A stretch of 64,000 bases of DNA from positions 2,108,001-2,172,000 of the forward strand of contig JAQOWU010000007.1 of assembly GCA_030867685.1 (NCBI GenBank). Reading direction: 5' to 3'. The notes beneath the pieces are model-generated. The model worked only from the letters and a program-made list of their open reading frames with translations. It was not told where the DNA came from and searched no databases. Shown here piece by piece: positions 19,521 to 30,368 of this stretch. The first letter of the stretch is position 1; each line of letters begins with the position of its first letter. The stretch comes from Wickerhamiella versatilis (Eukaryota). A program made the translations under genes and the position numbers.

Positions 19521-20000
19521 TCATGGGCTGTTCCTGTCTTCGTCATTGCTACAATTATCTTCGCGTTCAGTGGCATACAGGAGGTGTCCCACTGGACCTA
19601 ATGCATCTTTCACCAGTTCCTCAAGCATGATGCCCATGGCTATCAAGCTCGTTTCGTCGTACATTCCTCGATTCGCTGGGCGGCTTTCAGGGCGAAGTCG
19701 CGATGCAAAGAAATAATGAATGGCTTCAAGAATCTCTGAAGATGGCAAGTTAGGATTACTTTCGAATGGGTATAAATCCAAAGACTTGTGCTTCATTTGG
19801 AGAACATCATCTGGACCTCTTGCGTAACCTCCTCCCGTGGTGGGCAGCATTAGCACCTTATGCTTATCAGGAGTTTCGGCAAGGTAGCGACGGGCAACTG
19901 CGCTATATAATGTATATGGAATCGGTCCAGGATACTCGAGGTCTCTACTTTTTTCATCTGGTGGCTCTGGGTTGCCCACAGAGTCACTATCTTTTTCCAT
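19521..20000 (-). CDS. RRN10: RNA polymerase I UAF subunit Rrn10-like
   Basis: LPSSEILEAIHYFFAS...MYDETSLIAMGIMLEE motif. Confidence 0.65.
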   Translation of the reverse strand: MEKDSDSVGNPEPPDEKSRDLEYPGPIPYTLYSAVARRYLAETPDKHKVLMLPTTGGGYARGPDDVLQMKHKSLDLYPFESNPNLPSSEILEAIHYFFASRLRPESRPANRGMYDETSLIAMGIMLEELVKDALGPVGHLLYATEREDNCSNDEDRNSP

Positions 20001-20075
20001 TCCTCTGAATGGCACCAGGCACACCGGTACCAAAAGCTATTCTTTATTAGCTAATCAAACAGAGGTGGTGCTAAG

Positions 20076-20729
20076 ATGGATTCGTATGATGCCACTGTTT
20101 CCCTGCAGCAGCTTTTGCGCAAGCTCACTTCATCCAGCAGAAGTAATGATGCAGCAATAGCTTTCATCCGAGAGAATTGTGATCTGGCTGAAGACCTTTA
20201 CAAGTGCATTACCTCTGAGTTGCGTAAAACACCATTTATCACGCTTCGTGTAAACATTCTATACTTGTTGGAACAGTTGGCCTGCTCCCAGAGCTCCCGG
20301 CTTCGCCCATTTCGCGACTGGATATCTCGTGATTGTGTCGACCTATGCGAATCAACACTGCCCGCTCACCCCATGGCCTTGGCAAATGTAGGTCACATTC
20401 AATATGTGGTCAATTGGCTTGCACGTTATGATGTGATAAGTAGAACAACCGCTGATCTGATCCACCAGCAGATTGAGCGCCGGTCTGAGGGTATCAAAAA
20501 CGGAGACATCCCGCGAGATGCTCAGATACAAGGCTTGAGTAAAAATGCGATCTTGAGAAGGATGGACGAAGATCGAGACAGACAAAAGAGAGCACGACAA
20601 CGCGAAAAGGCCGTCAAAATTGAGCAAGACACCGAATTTCAACGCGCGTGGGATGCGCTAGGACCCCTGACGGCTCTTGATAAAGAACTAATGCATTGGC
20701 AACGACGTATTGCTCTTGATTCAAAATGA
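20076..20729 (+). CDS. CTK3: CTD kinase I gamma subunit
   Basis: MDSYDA..LQQLLRKL, EDLYKCI, RVNILYLLE, ILRRMDEDRDRQKR. Confidence 0.85.
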   Translation: MDSYDATVSLQQLLRKLTSSSRSNDAAIAFIRENCDLAEDLYKCITSELRKTPFITLRVNILYLLEQLACSQSSRLRPFRDWISRDCVDLCESTLPAHPMALANVGHIQYVVNWLARYDVISRTTADLIHQQIERRSEGIKNGDIPRDAQIQGLSKNAILRRMDEDRDRQKRARQREKAVKIEQDTEFQRAWDALGPLTALDKELMHWQRRIALDSK

Positions 20730-20950
20730 AGCATCAAAATTTTATAATTCTGGCATGATGAATTATACTGAAACTCCCCACTTTAATACTCGGTAGCTGT
20801 GCCTTCGTGGTGATTTTAAGTGCGGTATTCATCATCGCTCTCGAAATTTGCATATGAAATCATATTTCTTAAAGAAAGTAGATAAATATAAACATCAAAA
20901 TAAAAATAAAAATAAAAATAATTTCATAACTTTATCCTTAACTTCGTCAC

Positions 20951-21244
20951 TTAAAATGAGAGTTCTCCCTTGATGATTCGCTCTTCATCGAAACTGGGCA
21001 CCCTCGCGAGCGATTCACTGAACTTGCGTGGGCGGACCTGGGTTGGCCGCTCGTAGGATTCAGCGCTGGTCGCCTCAATGCTCGAAACGCTCCCACTGCG
21101 AGGCTTCGACATCATTGGAATTGGCACTGGTGCAGCCTTTCCAACGTCACCTTGATGATACATTCCCTGACCTTGGCCTCCAGATAGCCCACTGAACCAA
21201 TTGGTAATTGAGCCTCTTCGATTTCTTGTTGGTTCTTCTGTCAT
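20951..21244 (-). CDS. Small hypothetical protein with PKA-type sites
   Basis: 97 aa from ATG 21244; RRGS, RSGS, RKFS. Confidence 0.6.
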   Translation of the reverse strand: MTEEPTRNRRGSITNWFSGLSGGQGQGMYHQGDVGKAAPVPIPMMSKPRSGSVSSIEATSAESYERPTQVRPRKFSESLARVPSFDEERIIKGELSF

Positions 21245-21991
21245 TTTTTTAAGCTTTTTCCACACCAAGATGGCTTTTTATCCCTTTTACCCACTATATC
21301 TGGGTTTGGGTAGTGGTCAAAGTGATGATCTTACCCCACCCCGCATCTCTACGCCACATTGGTAAAACCAGAGGCTGTTCTAAGTATACGAGCATTACGC
21401 GAAGCAACATATCTTATTTTATTTATTTAATTCTAATTGGTAGGTTATCATTATTGCTATGTTTTCGAGATTTTTTTGGTGCCTCCACAACTTACACAGC
21501 AAAGTTGATAACTGGCGATGTCAGCGGCGTTTTGTGTGAGTTACAATGACGATCATTCGTAAAAGATATCTAGGAATTCCCAGCTAAGCTGCTCTACTAT
21601 TCATTGACTAGAAATTCAAGTAGCTGTAAAAAAAACTCTACTAATAAAAGGGGGTTTATTTTGCTTGGATTTGGAGCATTCACTTGTGTGTATTTTCGAT
21701 AGCGTTTCCCTTGCCACATATAATACGAGTCAAATGAATAACGATGTAGAACTAGATGGGCTTTCGATTGATGTAAAGCATTAACACCCACGTTTATTAT
21801 CGGTTAGACTTGTGCAGTTGCATGCTCAGCGACAAAAAAAACTCTAGCGAGATATGTACATATATACTAGTAGTAAGTGCTCAGTCTCATAAAATTATAG
21901 CCCTATACGAGCACTTGAGCCAAAAAGGGAATTTCAAATAAAGCCCAATAATCTATGCTAAGGAGAGGCAGGCGTCAACTCGTCTCAAGAC

Positions 21992-22243
21992 TTAAGCAGA
22001 CGGCTCGACCTCGTATCCCTTAGGCTTCCGTCGAAGAAGCCGTTCTTCTTCCCTACTGAGCGCCTTGTCCACTAGATCCACCTGGACAAGTTCCTTCAGG
22101 GCCAGTATCTGGCCTGCGTTCGCAGCATTAACTTGTTGATAAACGACATTACCACGTCTCTTCAAACCCAAAGAGAAAGCTGTATCCCTTAGTTTGCGTG
22201 GAAGGCCTATTGTAGACCGGACCTGCTGAACCCGATACCACAT
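21992..22243 (-). CDS. MRPL33: Mitochondrial ribosomal protein uL30m
   Basis: RSTIGLP...LGLKRRG.VVY...AGQILALKELVQV. Confidence 0.9.
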   Translation of the reverse strand: MWYRVQQVRSTIGLPRKLRDTAFSLGLKRRGNVVYQQVNAANAGQILALKELVQVDLVDKALSREEERLLRRKPKGYEVEPSA

Positions 22244-22547
22244 TCTTCAGGTAGAAAACGCTTGCTTAGTAAAGCAGTAGATTTCAGGCCCTTTTTGAAG
22301 TTAAGTCTCTTTTTCATATTAGAGGTCGGGAATACATTCTTTTTTCTTTTATATTTTTATTTTTACACTTTCTCAGCTAACTATCGACTGATTTTCTAAA
22401 ATATCAAATCATAAGGGAAGAGAAGGCGGATCCAAATAACCAGTGGATCCAGAATGTCATTGGCAGCACAGGGTAAGGGTCCAATCCAGGACAAGTCGTG
22501 ATATACATGTTTTACTAGGTTTAAAAGCTTAAAATAATAGAGGTCAG

Positions 22548-23870
22548 ATGAAGCGGAGCATACTATGGGCCATAACGATTATAGGCTGCACAGCAGACCC
22601 CTGGGTAGGTTCTGAAGGGTTGGCACCTGTCTTTCCCTCTGCAGACCCATTTTACACATACAATCAGGAGAATTTGGAGAAGTACCCGCCAGGATCAGTG
22701 CTGCGATGGAGAGAGATTGGTACTGCTAACTATAGTTCTGTGGAGAGAGGCATTCAGCTCGTGTATCGCACATCAGACCACGCTGGTCGGGCCCAGAAGA
22801 CTGTATCCACTATACTAATTCCCCAATCCTCTTCAAAGAATCAGCTTGTGGTCTACAATACACCGGAAGATGCTTCAAATATAAATTGTAGTCCTTCCTA
22901 CGGCGCTCTAACCCAGTCCGCGGAAACGGGGGTTCAGAAGTTATTGAACAAGGGCTATATGGTGAGCATTCCCGACTATGAGGGCCCATATTCGGCATTT
23001 TCAGCGGGAGTGAGTTCTGGGAGACGCACATTGGATTCCATCAGAGCGGTTATTGATGCACGGCGTCTATTAAACTTGAGATCAATTCCCGCTGCAGCCA
23101 TTTGGGGCTATTCCGGAGGCTCAATAGCAGCAGGCCATGCTGCTGAGCAAAAGGGTTTATACGCACCGGAATTGAACGTCGTGGCAACAGCGGTTGGGGG
23201 CTTCATCACAAATTTGACAGCCACGTTCTACCAGGTTAACGGCGGGCCATATGCAGGGTTTATTCCCAGCGCAATTCTTGGTCTTGCTTCAGAGTACAAC
23301 TCTAATTCTACCAATCTTTCGATGATCGTGAATGAGAGTCTGAAGCCTGATTCGATGTCCCGGTTCAACCTGGCGAGTGAGTATTGCTCCATTCAAAACC
23401 AAAAGCTCTATCGTAACCAAAATATCCTAAATTATTTTGCGGATGGCTCTGGGATCTTGGATTACCCCGAAGTGCGTGAAGTTCTGGATAATAATACACT
23501 TGGCAGGAAGAGCCTAAACAATATACCGCTCTTTATTTATCAAGGAACTAAGGACAAAATCGCTTTAATATCTGAGGTTGAAAGCACCGTTAAGAGTTAT
23601 TGCAGTCTTGGAAATCATATTTTGTATAATCGGGTTCAGGGCAGTAGCCATATAAGCACTCAGCTCACACATGCTGACAATGCAATAGATTTCATATCTG
23701 CTTCATTCCGCGGATTGAATGTGGCAACCTCCTGCCGTTCAGGCGCAGTTCAGTCAGGTCTTAGTGGTGACCAAGGTGGATCGGATTCTGACCTCGTGTC
23801 CTCTGGGTCAATCTTAAGGTCTTCAAATTATTTACTGTTTATATCAGTACTATCCATTCTACTATCATAG
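22548..23870 (+). CDS. Secretory lipase (Candida LIP/CAL-A-like family) with GPI-like tail
   Basis: Signal peptide, PSADPFY, CSPSY, PDYEGP, GYSGG nucleophile motif, Ser/Gly linker and hydrophobic C-terminus. Confidence 0.9.
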   Translation: MKRSILWAITIIGCTADPWVGSEGLAPVFPSADPFYTYNQENLEKYPPGSVLRWREIGTANYSSVERGIQLVYRTSDHAGRAQKTVSTILIPQSSSKNQLVVYNTPEDASNINCSPSYGALTQSAETGVQKLLNKGYMVSIPDYEGPYSAFSAGVSSGRRTLDSIRAVIDARRLLNLRSIPAAAIWGYSGGSIAAGHAAEQKGLYAPELNVVATAVGGFITNLTATFYQVNGGPYAGFIPSAILGLASEYNSNSTNLSMIVNESLKPDSMSRFNLASEYCSIQNQKLYRNQNILNYFADGSGILDYPEVREVLDNNTLGRKSLNNIPLFIYQGTKDKIALISEVESTVKSYCSLGNHILYNRVQGSSHISTQLTHADNAIDFISASFRGLNVATSCRSGAVQSGLSGDQGGSDSDLVSSGSILRSSNYLLFISVLSILLS

Positions 23871-23975
23871 CTCTACTTTATATCAAGCATAAAAGCTCGA
23901 AACGCATCTCGCTTTTTACCCTTCACTGGTTTATAGAGGTATTACAAAGTCGGCGTATTAGTCAGGACGTCTGCT

Positions 23976-25796
23976 ATGGCCCAGGACAAGAATGGTGCTG
24001 CTGGGCTACGCGGAATGTCACAAAGCAATAACAGCGGGAGTAACATCAGCAGTAACATTAGCCCCTCAGCTGTGAATGCCGCTAGTGCGGCAGCAGCAGC
24101 GGCAAAGCCAATTAGCCGGAGTTCTCGGCCCACGGAAGTCTCGGCCCCGGGTGCAGCACGACGAGTTTGGGTGCGAAGGAGAGGTACTGCATCTGCAACC
24201 AGTTTGCAGGTGGGGGCTGATGAACTTGTGGATGACCTCAAGACACGCATACTTCAAAAATACCCGACAAGTCTTTTGCAGGAATGTGACCCTGCGGACC
24301 TTGTGCTGTATGTACCCACCCAAGGCCCTTCTAGTGCCACTACAACCGCCCAACCGGTTCAGTCACGCGGTAGATCGTCTAGTTTCAGCCAAAACTACGC
24401 GCAACGCCGTTCGCCGCTAGAAAGCCCAGGGGGGAATGCCACCACTCCGGGAGGAAGCCATTATGAATTACTGCCGGATGAGAACGTCGTAACTGTGGTG
24501 GATCGCTTCTTCCCCGGTGGGATGTCGATGGCTCAGGCATTAGAAGTCGCACCTGCCGAAGCCTTGTCGTCGACAACACCAGGCCCTGGTATTCGCAGCG
24601 TACCGTCCATGCCGTCTGTGCCGCAGTTAGGTATTCCGCGTCCTTCCCGTGCTCTGAAGAGGAGCAATTCTTCACAAGTCACCCCAACATCTAACAATTT
24701 GCCCTCAGTTTTTTCTTCTGGTGGTGGAGCCATTCAGCAACAACCACAACCACAGCCACAACAGCAGCAGCCGCAACAGCAGCAAGCACAACAACCTCTT
24801 GCCTACGAAGCGCATGCTGCTTCCACGAGAATACCCTCCGCGCAACGTAAGCCTAATAATGTGCAGAAGGATGCAAAAGATTTCAATGATTCGAAAGAAA
24901 TGAACACTAAAAATAGCGTCCTACTCCTGCCCAAGCAATTGAAAGTCCCGAATAGCCGAGAATCTCCCCTTGCTGATCCAGATGAGCAACAGGAAGGCTT
25001 GGCGTTGTCTCCTAAAGAACCGCCCACGCGGTCTCGTAAGGAGGAAGTGCCAGCCGCGGCATCTAACAACAGTGACCTTGTAGAGTTGAGACAAATGTCT
25101 GCGAGGAGCTTAGGTGTCGGAGAAGGTTCTGTGGTTGTTCCGCAAATTAATGTGCTTATCGTTGAGGATAACGTCATTAACCAAAAGATCTTAGAGGCGT
25201 TTATGCGTAGGAAAAAGGTACGGTTTGGTGTGGCTCGAAATGGCCAAGAGGCAGTTTCCAAGTGGCGACAAGGAGGTTACCATCTGATTCTGATGGATAT
25301 TCAGTTGCCAGTAATGACTGGGCTTGAAGCCACGAAAGAGATCAGGCGATTGGAGGTTGCAAACCGCATAGGTGCGTTCCCTTCGCATTCTACCGTTGTC
25401 GTACCTGCACCTACTGACCCTCCTATTGAAGATGCATTGGTTAAGGAGAAGTTCAAGTCACCAGTAATCATCGTAGCTTTCACGGCTAGTGCGGATTCCG
25501 AGGATAAGAACGAGGCCCTAGCGGCTGGATGTAATGATTTCTTGACAAAGCCTGTCAACTTGATGTGGCTCGAACAGAAAATCATCGAGTGGGGTTGCAT
25601 GCAGGCGCTCATTGACTTTGACGGTTGGCGCCAGTGGATTCGTCGCGATGTCGAGGAGTCCAAACAGAAACCCATCACAAACGAATCAAAGGTCAAGGAC
25701 GCACAGTTCAGTGGACAGCGATCTGTCAGGCCACCCCTCATGAAAACGCTTTCGCGTTCACGATCTAATTTCCGCTTACAGACTTCGGTGAGATAG
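23976..25796 (+). CDS. SSK1: Response regulator Ssk1
   Basis: RRVWVRR..SAT, VDDLK..IL.KYP.SL, INVLIVEDN.INQ, LMDIQLP, EWGCMQALIDFDGW. Confidence 0.93.
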   Translation: MAQDKNGAAGLRGMSQSNNSGSNISSNISPSAVNAASAAAAAAKPISRSSRPTEVSAPGAARRVWVRRRGTASATSLQVGADELVDDLKTRILQKYPTSLLQECDPADLVLYVPTQGPSSATTTAQPVQSRGRSSSFSQNYAQRRSPLESPGGNATTPGGSHYELLPDENVVTVVDRFFPGGMSMAQALEVAPAEALSSTTPGPGIRSVPSMPSVPQLGIPRPSRALKRSNSSQVTPTSNNLPSVFSSGGGAIQQQPQPQPQQQQPQQQQAQQPLAYEAHAASTRIPSAQRKPNNVQKDAKDFNDSKEMNTKNSVLLLPKQLKVPNSRESPLADPDEQQEGLALSPKEPPTRSRKEEVPAAASNNSDLVELRQMSARSLGVGEGSVVVPQINVLIVEDNVINQKILEAFMRRKKVRFGVARNGQEAVSKWRQGGYHLILMDIQLPVMTGLEATKEIRRLEVANRIGAFPSHSTVVVPAPTDPPIEDALVKEKFKSPVIIVAFTASADSEDKNEALAAGCNDFLTKPVNLMWLEQKIIEWGCMQALIDFDGWRQWIRRDVEESKQKPITNESKVKDAQFSGQRSVRPPLMKTLSRSRSNFRLQTSVR

Positions 25797-25999
25797 TGTT
25801 TTGAGTGCCAAAACATCCCATCGAGCAACGTGCGGCAGTTATTTATTAGCATCTAAATAGTTTATTACCCTAAATTCTCCCCATTTGTTCACATGTTGAT
25901 TAGTGGAACACGCAAGCGTCCAGAATTCCTATTTTCTATTTCTATTCTCTTCCAAATATTGTTGTACTTGGTCCAGCAATTGATTATTAATACAAGGCG

Positions 26000-26851
26000 A
26001 TGAGCTTCCCTCAGGCTTTAGTGCAGGCCATAGCATCACCGCCGCCTGATGGACAGGGCACTGCGGATCTTCTACGGCAGCAGAGAGCCGCACTGGGAGA
26101 AGCTGCTATTGACAAATTAATGTCAGGGATTCCTAACGCAGCGTATCCTGCAACTACCTTGGAATCACTTCTCCACCTGATTGGAACTGTCGAATCTAGT
26201 GGATTGCCATATTCACGTATAACACCCATTATATACTACTTTTTTCTGGATTATCCACCGGCCGCTACCAATGGCGCCTCTGTTGCAGATCACTATGGAG
26301 TGGAGGTAAAGCTATGCGACGAACTACGTGCGCACATCCGTGGATTATGGGCGCTGGACCGCCAATTAATCGATCAGAATGTTATAAGCGATCTCACAGA
26401 GATGCCATTGGAAAAGGACTGGGCTGAATGGACACTTGGAGCACTTAAACCAAATCCTGAGCTCTACGTTGCATTTGTTGACTCGCAGCAGCCTGAACAA
26501 CCAAACTCCAATGACTTTATCGAGTCACTTATTAAAATCGGCCAATATTCACGTGCACTTCAAGTGGGACGCACGACAGATAATCTCCCGCATGTTTTTG
26601 AACTGTTGGCAAAGGAGATTTCCACGAGCAGTGCTGCTGCTAGAGGTATAGCTCAGCTTGGCTGTTCCCCTGATGAGTGGCATTCCATTGAGTCATTTGC
26701 TGAGCAATCTGTTTTGGCGGATCCCACTGGCCTGGCTGGTACCGCAGTTTTTGTAAGGGCGATGCACACCGGTGATATAGAAGCGGTGCACAAGATGAAG
26801 TCCTTAAGTGATCGCTATGCCAGCATGTCAAGAGGGGTTGCTGAGCTGTAG
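26000..26851 (+). CDS. ELYS-like nuclear pore assembly domain protein
   Basis: IIYYFFLDY...HIRGLWALDR resembles the ELYS helical domain. Confidence 0.6.
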   Translation: MSFPQALVQAIASPPPDGQGTADLLRQQRAALGEAAIDKLMSGIPNAAYPATTLESLLHLIGTVESSGLPYSRITPIIYYFFLDYPPAATNGASVADHYGVEVKLCDELRAHIRGLWALDRQLIDQNVISDLTEMPLEKDWAEWTLGALKPNPELYVAFVDSQQPEQPNSNDFIESLIKIGQYSRALQVGRTTDNLPHVFELLAKEISTSSAAARGIAQLGCSPDEWHSIESFAEQSVLADPTGLAGTAVFVRAMHTGDIEAVHKMKSLSDRYASMSRGVAEL

Positions 26852-27001
26852 AATGAACATTATAATTTAATAGCTTGAGCCTAGTTATCCAAAAAATTTA
26901 ATCAACGCGTAACACATCCATCCACCCACCCATGCGTATATAATCAAATTCTTCAAAGGGCTGAGTCACCTGGAAAAATTCAGACACCTGTGGCCTGAAG
27001 A

Positions 27002-27943
27002 ATGAGCGAGGTAAACACAAGTACCTGCCGTTTTTACGAGCAAAGATACCCAGAGGTTGATGATGCGGTCATGGTAAATGTCAAAGAGATCGCAGATATG
27101 GGGGCATATGTCAAGTTGCTTGAATACGATGAGATCGAAGGTATGATTCTTCTCAGCGAACTGAGCCGTCGGCGTATCCGTTCTATCCAGAAAGTGATTA
27201 AAGTGGGCCGTAATGAGATTGCAGTCGTGTTGCGTGTGGACAAGGACAAGGGCTACATAGATCTTTCCAAGCGTCGAGTTAGCGCGGAGGATGCCGCACA
27301 ATGCGAGGAGCGTTACAACAAGAGCAAGGCGGTTCACAGCATTTTGCGTCATGTTGCAGAGAAGCACCAGGTATCACTTGAGGGCTTGTACAAAACGTAT
27401 GCATGGCCACTGGCGCGCAAGTATGGGCATGCGTATGACGCATTCAAAATGGTAATTACCAACCCCACAGAGGTTTTTGAGGGTATTGATACAACTGAGA
27501 GGGATATTTACAGTGACTTGGTCACGCAAATAAGCCGAAAGCTAACGCCAAACCCGTCGAAGATCCGTGCCGACATTGAGGTGACCTGCTTCTCATATGA
27601 CGGTATTGAGGCTATTAAGGAGGCGTTGAAGGCTGGTGAAGCGCTTGGTAGCGAGGCAGTTCCCATCAAGATCAAACTTGTGGCAGCACCTCTGTTTGTA
27701 TTGACCAGTCTTAGTCTTGACAAGAAGCGGGCCATCAGCACTATGAATGAGGCGGTCGAAAAGATTAAGGAGTCAATTACGGCATCTGGAGGATCCATTA
27801 ATGTCAAGTTGGCGCCCAAGGCTGTCACTGATACGGAAGAGGCTGACCTTGCTCGGCTCATGGAGCGTTCTGAGGCAGAGACGAAACAGGTGGATGGTGA
27901 TGATTACAATTCTGATGAGGACGAAGGTGAGAACTTCGACTAA
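27002..27943 (+). CDS. SUI2: Translation initiation factor eIF2 alpha
   Basis: CRFYE..YPE, ILLSELSRRRIRSI, KGYIDLSKRRVS. Confidence 0.98.
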   Translation: MSEVNTSTCRFYEQRYPEVDDAVMVNVKEIADMGAYVKLLEYDEIEGMILLSELSRRRIRSIQKVIKVGRNEIAVVLRVDKDKGYIDLSKRRVSAEDAAQCEERYNKSKAVHSILRHVAEKHQVSLEGLYKTYAWPLARKYGHAYDAFKMVITNPTEVFEGIDTTERDIYSDLVTQISRKLTPNPSKIRADIEVTCFSYDGIEAIKEALKAGEALGSEAVPIKIKLVAAPLFVLTSLSLDKKRAISTMNEAVEKIKESITASGGSINVKLAPKAVTDTEEADLARLMERSEAETKQVDGDDYNSDEDEGENFD

Positions 27944-28229
27944 ATTTCGAGTCATAGTAACGTTATTGCATGATCGAGCATCCGCTTAGAATCATGTCTC
28001 CATATCTCTACGGATCCTGATTGTCATTACTGCATACGCCAAGATGCCATGATGATGCCTAGTTCTAGTTCTAGAAGAAAATTATAGAACATAACATAAA
28101 TAATCGAATCGAATCGAAATAAATGTACCATCCATTACAGAGCTGGGTGACAGGCACGCACGTACCAAATCACCACTTACCCCGACAGCTGGATCAGTTG
28201 CTGACAGAGAAGTTCATATCGTATATACC

Positions 28230-29075
28230 ATGAGCGTCAGATCGATCAGACCTGCAACGCATGCAGGGACGTGGTATTCGGGTAACAAGATGACTTTGAG
28301 TACGGAAATTAAGCATTGGCTCTCTAGCACAAGCCCAGAATCAATTGGACGCTTTGCGGTGGGACCCCACGCAGGCCACCGATTTTGCGGTGGCGTGCTG
28401 GCCAAGACATATAAAGCGCTGGATCCATCGGTGGAAAGGATATTCGTTATGGGACCTTCGCACTTTGAATATTTCATTGGCGTGCGCACAACTTCCTATG
28501 CAGCATATGACACGCCGCTAGGCAGAGTTGATGTGGACGTTGGAATAACTAGGAATTGCGGCCTCAAAGCGCTTTCAATCGAGACAGACCAGGATGAACA
28601 CTCTATTGAGATGCATTTGCCATTTTTAAAGACACTATTTCCCCAAGCAAAAATTGTTCCTCTCGTATTCGGTGATCTGAGCTATGGGGAGGATTCCACC
28701 ATCCTGGCACTTCTCAAGCAGTATTTTTCAGATGATAAGACTGCTTTTGTGGTAAGTAGTGACTTTTGCCATTGGGGCCGCTCATTCCGGTATACGCATC
28801 TGCCGCCGGGTCCTGGTGAGATTTGGCAAAGAATCCAGGCATTGGATGAGCAGGCAATGAAGACGGCATCCACTGGCTCGAGTGATGCGTGGAAGGAGTA
28901 TATTAAGACAACTGGAAACACGGTGTGTGGCCAACTTCCGCTTTGGACATTGTTAAAAACCGGAGAAGTCTGTGGACATCCTTTGAATTTTCAATGGCTT
29001 GGATATCAACAGAGCTCTCATGTCACAAGCAAAACAGGATCATCCGTGAGCTATGCCTCAGGGGCGGCCAATTAA
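28230..29075 (+). CDS. MHO1: Memo-family protein
   Basis: RPATHAGTWY, PHAG, GPSH, DEHSIEMHLP, SSDFCHWG, SSVSYAS. Confidence 0.93.
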   Translation: MSVRSIRPATHAGTWYSGNKMTLSTEIKHWLSSTSPESIGRFAVGPHAGHRFCGGVLAKTYKALDPSVERIFVMGPSHFEYFIGVRTTSYAAYDTPLGRVDVDVGITRNCGLKALSIETDQDEHSIEMHLPFLKTLFPQAKIVPLVFGDLSYGEDSTILALLKQYFSDDKTAFVVSSDFCHWGRSFRYTHLPPGPGEIWQRIQALDEQAMKTASTGSSDAWKEYIKTTGNTVCGQLPLWTLLKTGEVCGHPLNFQWLGYQQSSHVTSKTGSSVSYASGAAN

Positions 29076-29180
29076 GCAACGACGAAATGACCGACTTCCT
29101 GAAAATATATCCCCATAGCATACCCTAACCATTGAACCTCACGTTCAATAACTACTTGTTTCGCCCCGTGAATTTTTAAA

Positions 29181-29741
29181 ATGGATATTTTGGTTCTTCA
29201 GGCTGAGATTAGACGCATACGTGCAGAATTGGACTACCTGGAAAGAATTTCAGGCTTATCGGGCTTTGGTCTTAATTGCAGCGCGCCTATTGCGACATCG
29301 ATTGCACAAGTCGCGCCGTTAACCCCCGTAACACCAAAGCCAGTTCGTGATACTTATCAGCAGGTTATCGATCCTAAACTTGAGGAAAGTAGCCGCACTT
29401 CCGAGGAGCCCCATCTGATTACCCGCCATCCGGCAAATGCATACTCGCTCTGGCAGGAGTGGCATGAGGGTATCAATGGAGAACCGAGTGTTGTTGCACT
29501 TGACAAGCGCTTTAAACGTATCAATTGGACGAAAACTGCGGCAGAAAGAAAGTTTGTTGAGAGACGGGGCTATATCGTGCGTGAAATATCAGCCGCTTTG
29601 AATCGTGGTCATGATTTGGAAGCTGCATGCGCTGAGGCGGATAGGATTCGTGTTTACATGTGTGCTGGAAGCTGGCATAAATTTGCTATGCACTGTGCGT
29701 CCTTCTGGAGAGCAGGTGAACCAGTGCTTTTCAAAGAGTAA
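29181..29741 (+). CDS. GCR1_C DNA-binding domain protein (Hot1/Msn1/Gcr1 family)
   Basis: ITRHP..AYSLWQEWHEGINGEPSVVALD...W....AERKFVERR.YIV. Confidence 0.8.
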   Translation: MDILVLQAEIRRIRAELDYLERISGLSGFGLNCSAPIATSIAQVAPLTPVTPKPVRDTYQQVIDPKLEESSRTSEEPHLITRHPANAYSLWQEWHEGINGEPSVVALDKRFKRINWTKTAAERKFVERRGYIVREISAALNRGHDLEAACAEADRIRVYMCAGSWHKFAMHCASFWRAGEPVLFKE

Positions 29742-30368
29742 ACTAGAGTAGACTAGAAGGTTGGAGGTATGCCCGCATCTATCTCAAGTAGCAGTATTAT
29801 CATTTTTCTAGTTTGATAGACTGTCCTAGGCTGGCATCAATTGCTATCTTTTCGATCCAGCCTGATTGACATCACCTTCGAAATCCCAGCCAGACTCTGG
29901 CGATTGAGCCACTCATTATATTTCATTGAAGGCATAAAGACGAAAATGAAGTGAGTGCATCAAGCTATTTATCTTGTTCTTTGTGAGGTAGTTCTGCATA
30001 GATCTGTCATGATGCCAGTTGTTTCTGCCATGTAGAGGAGGGAAGACCCACATATATGAACCAGGTGTTAAGATTTAGTCTGAGACCCACAAGAAATTGT
30101 TAATTGTAAATAGCTTGATTTATTGGGCATTCTAATGCCAATATCATCTGGATTCAATAAACAGAACAGCATTCTGCTGAGCAACTATCAGGCTAGAATT
30201 GTAAGTTCCCAGACTCCGGCGCAAAGTCTGAATTGGATGGCAGGTACATTACCAGGAATAGAGCACAAAATGCTATTAATTAGGGGCTCGACATTCTATT
30301 CCAGCATTCTATCTTATACTATCCGAGTTAATCGGATTGGGTCACAGACGCGTAGGTAAGCGGGGAAC

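Noticed and set aside
20753..20838. Imperfect inverted repeat ATGATGAAT/ATTCATCAT
   Set aside because: Interrupted stem in a terminator region with no further ncRNA hallmark
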